A DNA stretch of 64,000 nucleotides from Peribolospora baueri. Its lineage: Eukaryota. Positions 1-13,912 of the stretch are shown piece by piece; within the stretch, counting starts at the first letter, position 1; each line of letters opens with the position of its first letter. Under the pieces are notes generated by a model. It had not been told where the DNA came from. It worked only from the letters and a program-made list of their open reading frames with translations, and ran no database searches. Position numbers and translations under genes: made by a program. The stretch spans positions 62,001-126,000 of the forward strand of contig JAMDHS010000001.1 in the NCBI GenBank assembly GCA_029717555.1. Reading direction: 5' to 3'.

Positions 1-20
1 CACGACGAGCGGAACGGAGA

Positions 21-36
21 GAGCCGCAGTCGGCTC
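21..36. promoter_or_regulatory. Leu3-type CCG-N4-CGG palindrome upstream of LEU2
   Basis: GAGCCG-CAGT-CGGCTC is a perfect inverted repeat matching the Leu3/LeuB consensus GCCGN4CGGC, about 230 bp before the LEU2 ATG. Confidence 0.6.
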
Positions 37-52
37 CCAAACTCGGAAATGC

Positions 53-62
53 ATCACGTGAT
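53..62. promoter_or_regulatory. Palindromic E-box (Cbf1-like) ATCACGTGAT
   Basis: Exact RTCACGTG match in the LEU2 upstream region. Confidence 0.45.
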
Positions 63-134
63 AAAGTAACCCTGGCCCGATGCGTTGTACGTGACTTTCC
101 CGGACTTCCGAGCAACCGCGCACGAAGACGATCT

Positions 135-142
135 ATGACTCT
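135..142. promoter_or_regulatory. Gcn4/CpcA-like element ATGACTCT
   Basis: TGACTC core at 136-141, upstream of an amino-acid biosynthesis gene. Confidence 0.4.
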
Positions 143-263
143 TCTTCTCTACTCCCCACTAAGCCAGCGTCATTTCTGGACAACAGCGTTTGCTACCTTA
201 GACGGTCTTGCCAAAACTTCGTATACCTTACCTTCCTCCCTACCTCTTATATCAGATTACTCC

Positions 264-1931
<1,668 letters not shown>

Positions 1932-2120
1932 CGGAGTCTTTGTCTTACTCGAGGAGGAAGATATTTGCTGGCTCGCAAGACGGTGACTGTCATTGACGCG
2001 GAAAGAAAGAAATAATGGAATCGCAGGCGTGTCCTCCCATCCACCCACAAAAGGCTGTTCTGCTCGCACGAGGACACCGTGCGCCTGTCTGGCAACCGCT
2101 CTAACTGCGCATCATATCCA

Positions 2121-4233
2121 TCAATACCACATCGATACGCTAAAGCTTCGCTCCAAACTGCGCATCGCATGCCACCAACCGGGCGGAAATACGAGGAGAT
2201 CGCCCGGCTCGAGCACTGCGGCCACGGACACTGGACGGGCCTTCTCCTCGAAGACCGGAAAGCGTTGGGAGGTGCCATGACTCGCGCGATTACATTGGTC
2301 ATGCCCTTTACTTTTGGCCAGCAGCTCCGTCCTCTCGTCCTCGTCCGTCGTCAGCACCTTGAACACGTCTACGCGGGACGTGTTGGTCATATACGCCGAT
2401 GCCCCGCCTTGCCCGTTCTCGCAGTCGTCCTTCCCGTTCTCCTCGGCATCGCTCCCGTACGCGTACATCGCCGTGCCTACATCAGGAGGCGCGAGCCAGA
2501 CGAGCTTGCGTCCGATGACTTGCGCTGGCAGACAGAGAAGGGAAAGGAATGACGATGAAATGCAAAATTTAGTAAGAGCAGCAAGAAAGACCGCTTGTCA
2601 CCCGGTCCAAATGGCCAGCTGAGGCCGACATACCAACAAGGGTGAGGAGAGAAAAGATCGCACACTCACCGTAAGCATTGTAGTACGGGTCGACATGCGC
2701 AGGGCTCTCCGTGCCCTTTGCGCCCATCCACACGTTAACGATCGTCGTCTCCTCCGCCTCTCCATACCCATCCCCACGTTCGCTCCACTCGTTCACTCGT
2801 GTCGGAGGCTTGTACGTCGGGTAGAAGTGGGGCGCCGGTGGACTGGAGTAGACGTAATCTGGGAGGTGGATGTCACGTTCCAATGAAGGGAATTGGGTGA
2901 GGAGGGAGTGTTGAGCGAGGTAGAGGGGCGGCTTGCAATTTGAAGTTTGTGATAGAGATGAGTCTGGAGATGGGGCATCAGATGGCTCCCCAACTTCGGC
3001 TTCTGCGCCTCCTTGCTCAACTTCTCCATCGCCCCAGCCCACACGCTCCAAAAACTCTGCCCAAGGCACAATCGCCTGGCTCCACTCTGCGTCCGTGTAC
3101 TTCCCTCCCACTTCCACAGGTACTACTCTTCCCTCGCCAGCCAGTTTCAGAAGATAAGAGCGAGAGGCCCAGCGAGGAAGGGCTGTGCTCCCCTCGACCG
3201 CGAATCCTCGACCACCGTCGTCTCCAGAGCGGAGGGGGGATTCTTCCGATCGAGATGCGGGCCAGTCAAAGCAGAAACCGGGTAGTATGAAAGGGCTGTA
3301 GCGGTACTTTGCCAAGTAGTCGGATAACGAGGGAGGCGCAGAGAGGCGTGGAACGGGATTGGGCGCAATTTTTGAGGCGAGGCCGGTATTAGAGTTGGTC
3401 GGTGGAGTCGGTGAACGTCCATGGAGTCGATGTGCTGCTAACAACTCCGTCCGCTTGCGTTTCTTAGCCCTCGCCTCCCCCACCTCTCCGACCCCCGCAT
3501 CAATCGTAGTGTCCGTATAATGGGGTTGATGACTGGGCCTGCTGCGCTGGAGATGGGTTCTCTGGATGGCCTCGATCGCCGCGTACACTAACTCTCGGCG
3601 GCCTGCACCGGGTGCACCGGCCACGATGAGAGCCATGTCCAGCGTGCGAACCATAGAAAGCCAAAAAAAGCTGCTCTGCTGTGGAACGACCTTCTGCGCC
3701 AAATCGAACCCTTCGTTTACCTTGACCTTGCCTTTGCCTGCATCCTCCCTCACGTCGCTGCATTCAAAGCCGTCTGTGAGTCGCCCACGGGCGCAGCGCT
3801 CGTCCAGAAGAAGAGCCCCAGCCACTTTGAGCAAGCTGACATCAGTGTACAGGCGCCTCCAATGCGTTGGTACATCTTTGTAAGGGTACGCCAGCAGCTT
3901 CTCGTCCGCGAGTCTGAGAAGCTGGTGAGGGATGTCGAGAAGGCGCGTATCGTGCCGTTTCCCCGGTGTCAATGACCGTTTGCTTGAATCTGTGGACGCA
4001 TGGATGACCCGGGAGAGGAAATGTAGGTTTCGCCTGAGGAGATGTACGGTTGCTGGACCGCAAAGAGCTAGGTCTGCAGAGGATCGGGAACGCATGAGAG
4101 GAAAATAAGCATTTGCCAGCAGTCCTGCTTCGCTTCCATCCTCCTATGCCTCCACATCTTACTTACCTTGATCCAGCTCGCTCTGCACCGCCTCGACGAT
4201 GAACGGGACGATACTGTGCGACATGGAGGACAT
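2121..4233 (-). CDS. JmjC/cupin Fe(II)-2OG dioxygenase, JMJD5/KDM8-like
   Basis: YLAQHSLLTQFPSL, NVWMGAKGTESPAHVDPY (HxD), NTSRVD, PGDLLVFPPGWWHAMRSL...SVSMWY. The first exon 4233-4167 is inferred from a GTAAGT donor. Confidence 0.88.
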
Positions 4234-4407
4234 CAGTTTGGTCTCGTTCGAGGGCGTTGGGGGGGGGAAGGTTGAGGCGGACAGGTCGAGTTGATCACGA
4301 GACCCGCGTCGCTCGCGCTTAGTCAGCCGAGTACCCGAACAAGCGTATGACCTTTTCAAAGCCGCCGGGCAGTGACGACCGACGCTTTGGAGCGGACGCC
4401 ATCGAAG

Positions 4408-5688
4408 ATGCTCTTCGGCGTCTTCTCTAGGGTAGCCCGCGTCTACACCGCCAACTACGAGCGCCACCCGTTTTGGACGCTTGCTGTGACAAACGCTGCA
4501 CTCTTCACCCTTGGAGATGTGCTCGCCCAGACGGTTGAGCGTTTCGTGAGTTGTGCCGTCACGGCGCGACAGGCCGTGACGTGCTGTTGTGCTGTCGTGC
4601 TCAAGAGAGAACAGTTCCTTTTCTTTCTTATGTTATTACCACATTTCATTTCTCGCAGTCTCGAGACGATGGCAAGCCACCAACGACGTCTTCCGACACC
4701 TCCACGTTTCCGTCCTCATTCGACCCGAAACGCGCCATCCGATTTGCGGTGTATGGTGCAGGCATAGCCCCCATCGTAGGAAGTTGGATGCACTTCCTCG
4801 AGCACCGTTTTCCTCTCAATGGCAATGCCAGTGACGCCGGACGAGGTCAGGTCCAAGCACAGGTGCAGGGAAAAGCGCGGGAGAAGGTACAGGACAGCGC
4901 GAAGGGTGTCGTCGCTGCGGGTAAACGGCGATCGCTGAGAGAGGCCGGAGGGGCGAGCATGAAACAATTGGGGAAGAGGGTGCTGGCTGATCAAGTGATC
5001 TTGTGAGTGCGTCTGATGGTGCCAGTGCAAGTCACCTTTGCGGGAGGGCACAAGTACAATGGCTGGCGCGGACTCGACGTGCGCTTGTGTCACTGGGCTT
5101 GTCCCTCCTGGTCTGCATGATGACACAGTAGTTAATCTACGGATTGCACCGCATCTACACAGCGCCCCATTTGGTATGGTGCTTTTCATTGGCGCAATGG
5201 GCGTCCTGGAGGGACAGAGTCTCGAGGACATCAAATCCAAGTACATGGAGGTGGGCGAGCCGAGCCGTGCTCGAGAAACAATTCTCGCAGATTAGACTTT
5301 CTCTCGGTCTTATCACCTTCTCCCGTTTGCATGTTTCGAAACCGGCCTCTCTTGTCTCTGGCCCCGTTCCAGATGTTTGTCCCGGCCCTCCTAGCTAACT
5401 GGAAGCTCTGGCCAGCGGTACAGGTCATCAACTTCAGATTTATGCCTCTTCGGTGAGCGACCTCCCCACCTCCATGCCGAACCCGTGAAACCGTTTACGG
5501 TCTTTTAGCTGATGTGAACATGGTCTTGGAACGGCGCCTGATGGAGCAGCTACCGCGTCCCGTTCGCTTCCTCCGTCGGCGTCCTTTGGACGCTTTATCT
5601 CTCCCTCCTCAACAAGGGCGCCGCGAAGGAGCAGGCCAAGAGGCACGACCATCAACAGGTGGAAGGAGGGATGGTGGGCGATCATTAA
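4408..5688 (+). CDS. Mpv17/PMP22 family membrane protein (SYM1-like)
   Basis: TNAALFTLGDVLAQ, FDPKRAIRFAVYG, KRVLADQ, ANWKLWPAVQVINFRFMPL, YRVPFASSVGVLWTLYLSLLN. Confidence 0.9.
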
Positions 5689-5822
5689 GCGAGAATACGA
5701 GGCTAAATGCTCGGCCAAGTGTAGAGAGGGCGTCGTAGAGTCACGGTCACATTTTGTGCGAAGGGTATCTTTATCTCGATTCCATGTAAGAATAGAACAA
5801 GCGCACATGCCCGTCAAATCTT

Positions 5823-7370
5823 TCAAGTCTTCCCTCCCGAGCTTTTGCGCTTGGACCTGCGCAAACCTTCCCCTCCGTTCGGCACCTCCTTGCGCTTCCT
5901 CCGATCGCCAGTCCCGTTGGCGTTTGCGCCTGTTCCAGTAACCTCCACTTTTTCGTTCGCACGATCCCCTCCGACCTCAGCGTTCTCTTTTGCCTTCGCG
6001 CCCTTCCCCTTTCCCTTCTTCCCATCCCACCCTCCCAATCCTTTCTCCCCCACCATCTTCACAGCCTCGAACGCCAAGTCGGAAACAGACTGCACGCTAA
6101 GCCTCCCGCGGTTCAGCAGTGCCATGTCCCGGATGGCCGAAGCGTGCTCCTCGGTGAGGTAGTCAGGACGACCAGAGGGCGAGGAGGAGGCGATGTGCTG
6201 AAGGAAGGCGAGGGGAACAAAGTGGGCTAAACGGGACACGAAGCGAACGTCCACCTGATGACCAGGTCATCGGGCGTCGGTCAGGAAGCAGAAAGCGGTG
6301 TGAGCATGACTAGTCTCTGTCGCTCGGCATGCAGGGCGCGCGAGGAGGCGGAGCGCTGTGCTCATGTATTTTCGCACCATGTACCACTTCGGATTGTCTT
6401 TATCGGACTTGGGATCGAAGTAAGGGTGACTCGCGTCCCACGCCGTGTCTGCGTGTTAGATGTACGAAGGGCGGTGAACGGGGTTCTCTTGTCAGCCCTT
6501 GCTTGGATGCAGCAACTGCTGCAGCGGTCTCAAGCAACGGGCAGATAGCTCACGGTCAGGGTAGCCTTCTCTTGCGACCTGGCTGGACATGAACAAAAGG
6601 TAAAGGTATGGTACAACATATACGGGTGAGTCGTCAGACGCATTGCGCCTTTCAGAGACGGTATATGATCCATGCTACTCGAAGGACTCCGCACCTCCGC
6701 GATAGCAGCGACGCCTAACCCGGCCCACACCGACAGCCAAGAATTCGCGGGAAAATGGAAAAGAAAGCAAGCAAAGAAGCAAAGAAAGGAAGCGTCATGA
6801 TGAGCCCAGACCATAGTCCCAATCATTTCTTTCAACATCCACCGGGCGCGATGCGCTCACAGCATCCAACTCACCGGGTACTTTGGTGTTGGAGTGATAG
6901 AAGAGCACTCCATGCCCGACCTTCATCTTTTCCTTCATAATATTCTTGGCCTCCGGGTTCCGTACGCCTGCTCAGGAGGTTTAATGAAGCGGTGGGAAGC
7001 GAAGGTGTAAGTGACAAAAGAGACGAAGAGTCAGCGAGGCGAGGTCGAGCTCGCGACGCACCGTCCCAAGGAGACGTGCTTTGCGAGCGACAGTTGTGGG
7101 GGAGCACGAGTCGACGAAGAGGAATAGGGCGGAGGAAAAAAAGCAGAACAGAATGACATTGCGAGAAGAGTGAGTGTGTTCGGAGCGAACGTCGAGATCG
7201 CTTCGCTTGCTCTCCCCTCCAGGCGTCGATTTCTCGCTCGCTCACCCGATCTTCTCAAAATCGTCTACGCTGAAGGCCACGTCCTTCCCTTTCACGATGC
7301 GGCTATCGGGCTCAGCCTTCATCAGCCAGTGGGTGATGGGCTGCTGCTCTGCATCTTCCCGACCCGGCAT
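5823..7370 (-). CDS. EVE-domain protein (THYN1-like, PUA-like fold)
   Basis: Spliced: [71 protein letters not shown]...[16 protein letters not shown]; several very short exons. Confidence 0.9.
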
Positions 7371-8107
7371 TGTCTAGGGTCGAGTGTTGACAGCTGGTGC
7401 TGTTTGTGTTCCCAAGACTGGTTGCAGGTTTGGCAGCAGATCTTCCTCAACCGCGTCGTTGTTGATCACGTCGATCGCGATCGTTGGACGCCCTCCGCTC
7501 CTCCTTCTCGCTCGCCAGTCTAGCTGCTCGCTCTTGGCCTCATCACTTGCGGACCGAACATATCTAAGTGGGCTCAGGCGGTTGCGTCTACTAGAGTACT
7601 GACGTCCCTCCCGGCTTTTGCCGACCGATGCGTACCTTCCCGAACGTCGATCTCACCACGGCCGTGACTTGCAGCGCTTCAGACGCTAGATTAAAGACAA
7701 GATAAGGTGCAGACCTGGGCATGCATAGCGGGGACCATGAGGGGAGTTGATCATCTTCATGATCACCGTCAACGTCCATCCTTCAACATGCCTATTCGCA
7801 GCAGTCGTGTTGCCGCGCACGTGCGGAGAAGACGCTGACGCAATGGGGAGTGAACAGGCTACGCAGCTTCTTCGATTCTCTTTCCTATCCGACACAAGAT
7901 TACTGTCAAAAATGGAACATTATCAAACCTCAGCCGACGAGATCCACTTTTCCCTTCCTTTCCCCTTGGGCTCGCATCCCCGCCGACGTTGTATCAGAAT
8001 CTTACCACGCCGTCTCTCCACACAGAACTACAACGCTCGCCTATCACGTGACGCATTTACCATGCAGCAAAAAGACAAACAGAAACTGGCCAGAGGCACA
8101 AAAAGTT

Positions 8108-8199
8108 CGACATGTACAGGACTCGAACCTGTGCTCCCAAAGGGAATCCGATTACTTCAACATTCGAATCGAACGCCTTAACCACTCGGCCAACATGTC
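8108..8199 (-). tRNA. tRNA-Ser(CGA) with 10-nt intron (8153-8162)
   Basis: Acceptor stem GACATGT/ACATGTC, discriminator G, TGGCCGAGTGG A box, anticodon CGA at 8164-8166, long variable arm, GGTTCGAGTCC B box, T5 terminator at 8100-8104. Confidence 0.95.
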
Positions 8200-8487
8200 C
8201 TCGCGTGTTCGAATGGATTCGGAAACCAGCTATGTTCTGTGCATAGCTAGACGTGGAGACGTTCGTGAGACGCCGAGAGCGAAGTTGTACTTCGAACGCG
8301 ATGTTCCCGATGGAAAGGCCGTGACGGGTCTTCAGAGGCGTGAGCAGAACTTTCTTGAGGCAGGTCACAACTAGCCTCTCCTTTTACCACCTAAGAGTTA
8401 AACATAACCCAAGTGTCCCTGGTGGAGAGTGCACGTATGACCGTGGAACTCGTCCGACACACCCTTAAAAGCGACGCCGCTCGCCGT

Positions 8488-10353
8488 TCATTGCTCTACG
8501 ACGACCCAACTCGTCCCGCAACCGGCCCAAACGTCGACAACGCGCCCTCTCTCAACGTCGCGAGCCGCCTGTTCGCCCAGCGGTCCTCTGACCGGCGGCC
8601 AAATTTTCGTCGGGGCATAGACATCCTTTTTGTGACCTAACCCCAGATTCCCGTGTTCATTCCACCCCCACGCCCATACCTCCGTTTCATCCTCCTCCTC
8701 GTCACCTTCCTCCGTCTTGCACCGCGGAGCGCTCGAAGAGACACGTACGAGGAGAAGGACATGCTCGCTACCCGCCGCCAACTTGATGATCTCTCGCCCT
8801 CGCCTGTCTCCGTGGTTGTCGCGGTCGTCTGGAGTCACGGCAGCTCCCGTCGGCACAAGCCATGGTAAAGCCACGCTCGCAGGTGTCGATGAAGAAGGCT
8901 GGGCGTTCGAAGTTTGGCCGTAGCCATTGCCTAGTTGCCCGTGTTGATTCGAACCCCAAGCGTAAACTCGAGTGTCGGCCTCTCGACTGACGGAGGCGCC
9001 GTGGCTGAGCGAGGAACGGCAGAGAAGAAAGGTGCTGTTCCAACTGCAATGAACGCGCAAGGGCCACAAGTCGCCCGCATCCACTGTCCCTGCAGAGTCG
9101 GCTCTCGAGACAGCCGAACAACTAGCACTTTCCGCCGCCAAGTTGATAGAGTCGAGAAAGGCGTGAGCCAACTGTCCCTTCTTGTCCGAACCCATTGTAT
9201 ATACCTTATGCCGGCCAGGCATACGGTCCAGATCGGCGTAGAGCAGTGCGGTGTGGTCTCGACCGGCGGCGATTGAGATGTTTGAAGATGGTGGAGCCAG
9301 CGAACTGTCCGACGTTGGACGCGAAGTAGGCAAAAACGAGTCGCTGGATGGACGGGACCGCGATGGGAAGTTGATGAGTCGCGGCGAGACGACCGCTCCC
9401 TGGCCGTCACCGCTAGGTCCTCGTCGCTTGCTAGCCATAGGCCGGCCGACTGGACGAGCTTTCAAGGAGGACGGCTTGGTTCGAGCATTGTCGCCGCCTC
9501 CAGGCTCTCCCCTCTCCCCTTCTAGCGGACCCAGCTGACCATGCCGAGCCGCCCCCCAGCCCACAACAATGACCCGCTCATCGTCGCGCGTTGACGCATC
9601 GCCGTTCACGCCGGTGACGATGAGAACAGCCAAGGCGTGCCTTGGCCCTGCGACGATGTCCTCGACTCGGAACCAGACTCGATCTGATGGCGACGAATGC
9701 GGAACGACGCTATACAGGTCAACGAGATGCGGCCCCATATCGACTCGTCCCACGGGTAGCCCTGCGCCGAGCTCCCCGAAATCATTCGATCCGAAGGAAA
9801 ATATAGCATCTGAAAGGGGGTCGGCGGTGTCGCTGCCGTGAGATGATCGCGGCCGTAGGACGATGAAGCTCGTCTCCCAACTCGCTGCGACTCGGATGGG
9901 CTCCAAGATCGAGTCGCTGCTGTGGTCATGATGGCTCGCCCGCCCTAACGGGCTGGACGCTACGAGGTCGTCGATGTCCAGTCGGTGAAAGACGCGGGGG
10001 TCGTCGGTCGAGTCAAGAGAACGACCTAGCTGGCCGCGAACGTTGTGACCTGCCGCCCAGACTTGCTTCGTCGTGGACTGGGAGCCCTGGCCTGTGAACG
10101 ACGTCCGTTGTAACTTGCTCGGCTCTCCGGCAGTGGGAATCTGTCGAGAGAGCTCTACCAAGACGAGCGTGTGGTTTGCGCCGCTAGCCAGTTGAAGGAT
10201 CCGTGCGCCGTCTGGCAGGCCAGAGGAGCTACCCTCGAAGCGGCACGGCTGGAAACGGTGCACATCGTCGACGCCGCCTATGCCGAGCTGTCCGCCCGAG
10301 TTAGAACCGGCGGCGTAGGGCCACTGTGAGCGGCTTGGGGAAGAGAGCGTCAT
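8488..10353 (-). CDS. ATS1: RCC1-repeat protein, Ats1/Kti13-like (intronless)
   Basis: 621 aa ORF with RCC1 blades (GSNSGGQLG, ASGANHTL, FGSNDFGELG, AAGSEHVL, WGWNEHGNLG) and an Ats1-type end, VWAGCGTSW. Confidence 0.75.
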   Translation of the reverse strand: MTLSSPSRSQWPYAAGSNSGGQLGIGGVDDVHRFQPCRFEGSSSGLPDGARILQLASGANHTLVLVELSRQIPTAGEPSKLQRTSFTGQGSQSTTKQVWAAGHNVRGQLGRSLDSTDDPRVFHRLDIDDLVASSPLGRASHHDHSSDSILEPIRVAASWETSFIVLRPRSSHGSDTADPLSDAIFSFGSNDFGELGAGLPVGRVDMGPHLVDLYSVVPHSSPSDRVWFRVEDIVAGPRHALAVLIVTGVNGDASTRDDERVIVVGWGAARHGQLGPLEGERGEPGGGDNARTKPSSLKARPVGRPMASKRRGPSGDGQGAVVSPRLINFPSRSRPSSDSFLPTSRPTSDSSLAPPSSNISIAAGRDHTALLYADLDRMPGRHKVYTMGSDKKGQLAHAFLDSINLAAESASCSAVSRADSAGTVDAGDLWPLRVHCSWNSTFLLCRSSLSHGASVSREADTRVYAWGSNQHGQLGNGYGQTSNAQPSSSTPASVALPWLVPTGAAVTPDDRDNHGDRRGREIIKLAAGSEHVLLLVRVSSSAPRCKTEEGDEEEDETEVWAWGWNEHGNLGLGHKKDVYAPTKIWPPVRGPLGEQAARDVERGRVVDVWAGCGTSWVVVEQ

Positions 10354-10612
10354 AAGTGTGTGGAGATGGTCCGACTTGACTCTGGTGGAGTCAGGTCGAC
10401 GGTGGAGGTAGAAAGAAGAAAGACGTCACACGATTCGTTAAATGAACGCCGGCCGCCGATCTCGCCTCCATCCCAACCTCCACCGCTGGCACTCCCTCGA
10501 CCTTGACACCAAGCAGAAAACGTTTCCCCTTCGGCTTTTCTAGCACTCGTCTGGTCCATTTTCATTGTCACTCCTTCGCCCTACTCTGTTTACGTATATG
10601 AACCTCGCAAGA

Positions 10613-12297
10613 ATGGCCTCCAACCTCGCACGCGATTGCCGGTTCATCGGTGAGCTTCTCGTTCTCTAGGAGCGCCCCTAAGGTGAAGGTCGATCCCCAC
10701 TCATTCCGACCATGCGTATCCTTGCCTACTCAATGCAAAGAGATTGGCTCGAACCTCACCGACCCGGTCTTTCGAGGGCGGTATCACGGCTCGAAGAAGC
10801 ATGAAGGTGCGTTCTGCCTCTTCATCGTTCCGAGCGACTATCTGATCTAGTGGGCCCCCAACCTTTTCTATCGAACCTACCGCTCGCTCGTCACACAGAC
10901 GACTTTGACCAGATGCTCGGCAGGGCTCGAGCTGCCGGCGTCAAAGCGCAGATCGTGACGGGAGGGAGTTTGAAGGAGAGCACATCTGCGTTGGCCCTCG
11001 TCAAGAAGCATGGTGGGCATGCCTGCAAAAGGGGAAAAATGGCGGACGAGACAGAACGCTGATTTTGGTTTCCCTTCGGCGTCACTTTCGCAGACGACCT
11101 CTACTGCACCGTCGGTTGCCATCCCACGCGGTCTTCCGAGTTTGAGAAAGACCCCAGGGGCGCCGACGCCTATTACGACGGGTTGGCCAGGGTCATAGAG
11201 GAGAACATGGGGGGCCATAAGGGAAAGGGAAAGGTTGTGGCCGTTGGCGAATGCGGGTTAGGTGAGTTGGGGATGGACCGATATCCGACGTCGCCCTTGA
11301 CCGTGACCGTCGTTCTCCCCTGCTTCACGCCGCTGACGTTAATCGAATCCTCGCAATGAATGACTCAACCCGACGTGACGAAGACTACGACCGTCTCTTT
11401 TTCTCCCCGGCGGACACGCAAAAGACCTATTTTTCCAAGCAACTCTCTCTAGCGGCCAGGTTCGGTCTACCCCTCTTTCTGCACTCCCGCGCCGCTCACG
11501 ACGACTTTCTCTCCATCCTTCGACCTCACATTCCCGCCCTGCAAGCGGCCTGCGGCGGGATGGAGGGCGACAAGGAGGGGAGGTGGAAGGGGGTGGGACG
11601 GATCGGGGTGGCGCACAGCTTTACGGGCACGGTGGAGGAGATGAAGGAGCTCGTCGAGGCAGGGCTGTTCATCGGCGTGAACGGATGCTCGCTCAAGACG
11701 GAGGATCAGTTGAAGATGGTGAAGGAGATCCCATTGGAGAGGCTCATGTTGGAGACGGGTGGGTGCTGCACGCGTCGTCCGAACTGGCCGTCTTTCGTTC
11801 TCGTCGCTCACAGTTTCGCCCCTGCGTTCTTCTTCTCCTTCCTGCCCTCCCCATTCATCTTCTTTGCAGACGCGCCGTGGTGCGAGACACGACAGACGCA
11901 CGCCTCTCACTCTCATCTCGCCGCTCTTTCGCACCGGGATCCGTCTCTATACGCTCTCTTCTTCCCTGGGACGTGCAAACCCGAACGTTGGGCTGCGGGC
12001 AAGACTGTCAAAGGGCGTAACGAGCCGTGCGCGATCGGCGGGGTGGCCTGGATCGTGGCACAGGTGAAAGGGGTGTCATTCGAGACGGTGGTCGAGGAGG
12101 CTTGGAGGAATACGCAGTGGGTGTTCGGGATCGGGGCGGCGATGGCGGACAGGACGCAGGAAGCGCCGAAGATGGACGACGAGCAGTTTCCGAGCCTCAG
12201 CGGTGGCGGCGGCGGCGGCGGCGTTGGCGGCAGACGGACTGAGCAGGCAAACGCCGCGTCGGAGACGGGAAAACCGGACGGTTGGTCGGTTTGGTGA
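10613..12297 (+). CDS. TatD family DNase (TATDN1-like)
   Basis: [80 protein letters not shown]. An alternative in-frame ATG lies at 10598. Confidence 0.93.
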
Positions 12298-12713
12298 AGC
12301 GCTTCTTCGGGATAGGAACTTCATCTGGAGAGTCTGCTGTCTCTAGCAGAATGGAAGGGGTATTTCTTATAGAACGGCGCCACCGTTTGTCTACTATTGC
12401 TCGAAATTCCCACTCGAGGAGAGCCTACGAGTATCTTTCGGAGAACCGATCTGGCCGATCCGATAGCTCGAAACCGAGACGGCGGCGCGAGGGAGATTCG
12501 TTTGCCCCATCCGCCGTCGTGACGAGGACCGGAAATGGGCCATCTATGTGACTGACGGCGGAGATTTCGATTTCGAATTTCGAGGCTGCACGGCGCCAAG
12601 TGGGTGATCGAGGGAGTGCTGAATGAGAATGAAAAGTGCCAGAGTGACTGACAATACAAAATCGGGCTTGGACAGAAAGAAGGACGACGACCATGGCGAC
12701 GCGCGCGTCGCGT

Positions 12714-13912
12714 TCACTGACTCTTGATGGTCTTGTCGACGCCGTCGCCAGCGGATCTCCTCTCAGCGTCCTCCTCTCGATGCTGGAGGTACTTGGCAAA
12801 CGCCCAGCCAGGTCCGTACGTGACAGCGGCGGCAGCGATATTCGCCACCTCTGCCAAGTCGAGTTTCTCTACGGAAACGTGAATGGCGAGGAGGCAGACG
12901 AGGGAGAGGAGGACGCCGAAGTTGTCAAAGAGGATGAGCCAGGCGGCGTCGGTGAGCTTTGTCTTTTCGTATACGAGGCCGTACAAGGTGAGGCTGACGC
13001 CGAGGTAGTGGAGGAGGAGGGAGAAGAGGGCTGTTCTTTCGTAGAGGGAGGCGAGGAAAGCGCGGTCGCGATCGGATTTGGCGGGCGGGGAGGGGGGGAA
13101 GAGAGCAAAGGCAAAGGTGGGAAGGAAGAAGAGGGGGTACACTTGGAAGACGACGTTGGCGGCGTCCCACCAGCGGTGTTGGAGAGGGAGGGCCATGGTG
13201 ACGATCATGGAGAGGCCTCCGAGGCCGGCGCAGGTGCCCGCGACGAGTGTGTACGTCTTGGACGGCGGCGGGAGGGCCTGACGGGGCTGAAGAGGAAGAG
13301 GGAGACGGAGAGACGATGGTGAGGTCGACGAGCGCGGCCGCACTACGTTCACGACACACGGTGCTGACTGACCTGGAGGAGCGTGCCAAGGGCATAGAGA
13401 GGGATCCACACCGTGGGCGTGGCGATGCCAAAGCCGACGAGCTGACCGAGCTGGGCGTCGAAGAAGGCGGTCCAGGGACCGAGAAGGAAAGACCGTCCGG
13501 GCTTGCCGGCCTCGAAGAGCTGGAACAAGAGCAAGGGGCTCATGATGGAGAAGATCAAGGTGGTGAGCTGGGGGGGGGGGGGGTAGAACATGGGACGATG
13601 AGCACCAACCAGCCAATTAACCGTCCACCATCCCACAAACTGAAACTGAACAGAACTACTACTGACCCCGAGGCCAACACGATCAACAAAAAGAAGCCTA
13701 AAGAAGCGAGTGATAAGGCACATGAACGCATTCCACGCCTCCCACTCGCCCAAATCCGTATCTAGCTTGGGGCGCAACGGAGGGGAGCAGGATCGGACGA
13801 TGGGCTGGAGGTCGTTGTTGGGGCCTTCGTAGGCGTGGTTTTTGACTACTAGGCCGAGGGAGATGGAGAGGGCGGAGATTGCGATGAGCTTGAGGATTGT
13901 GGATGCGGGCAT
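12714..13912 (-). CDS. Uncharacterised multi-pass membrane protein (about 3 exons)
   Basis: Hydrophobic N-terminus MPASTILKLIAISALSISLGLVV and many further hydrophobic segments; GTCAGT donors and CAG acceptors join the frames. Confidence 0.7.

Noticed and set aside
7374..7652. Open frame on the minus strand, in frame with and just upstream of the EVE ATG, ending in TAG
   Set aside because: It has no ATG and no recognisable motif, and open stretches this long are common at this GC content
10738..11383. AAG 3' splice acceptors (TatD twice; also KU70, the ABC gene twice, LSB6)
   Set aside because: A handful among many dozens of introns is compatible with normal minor use of AAG in fungi
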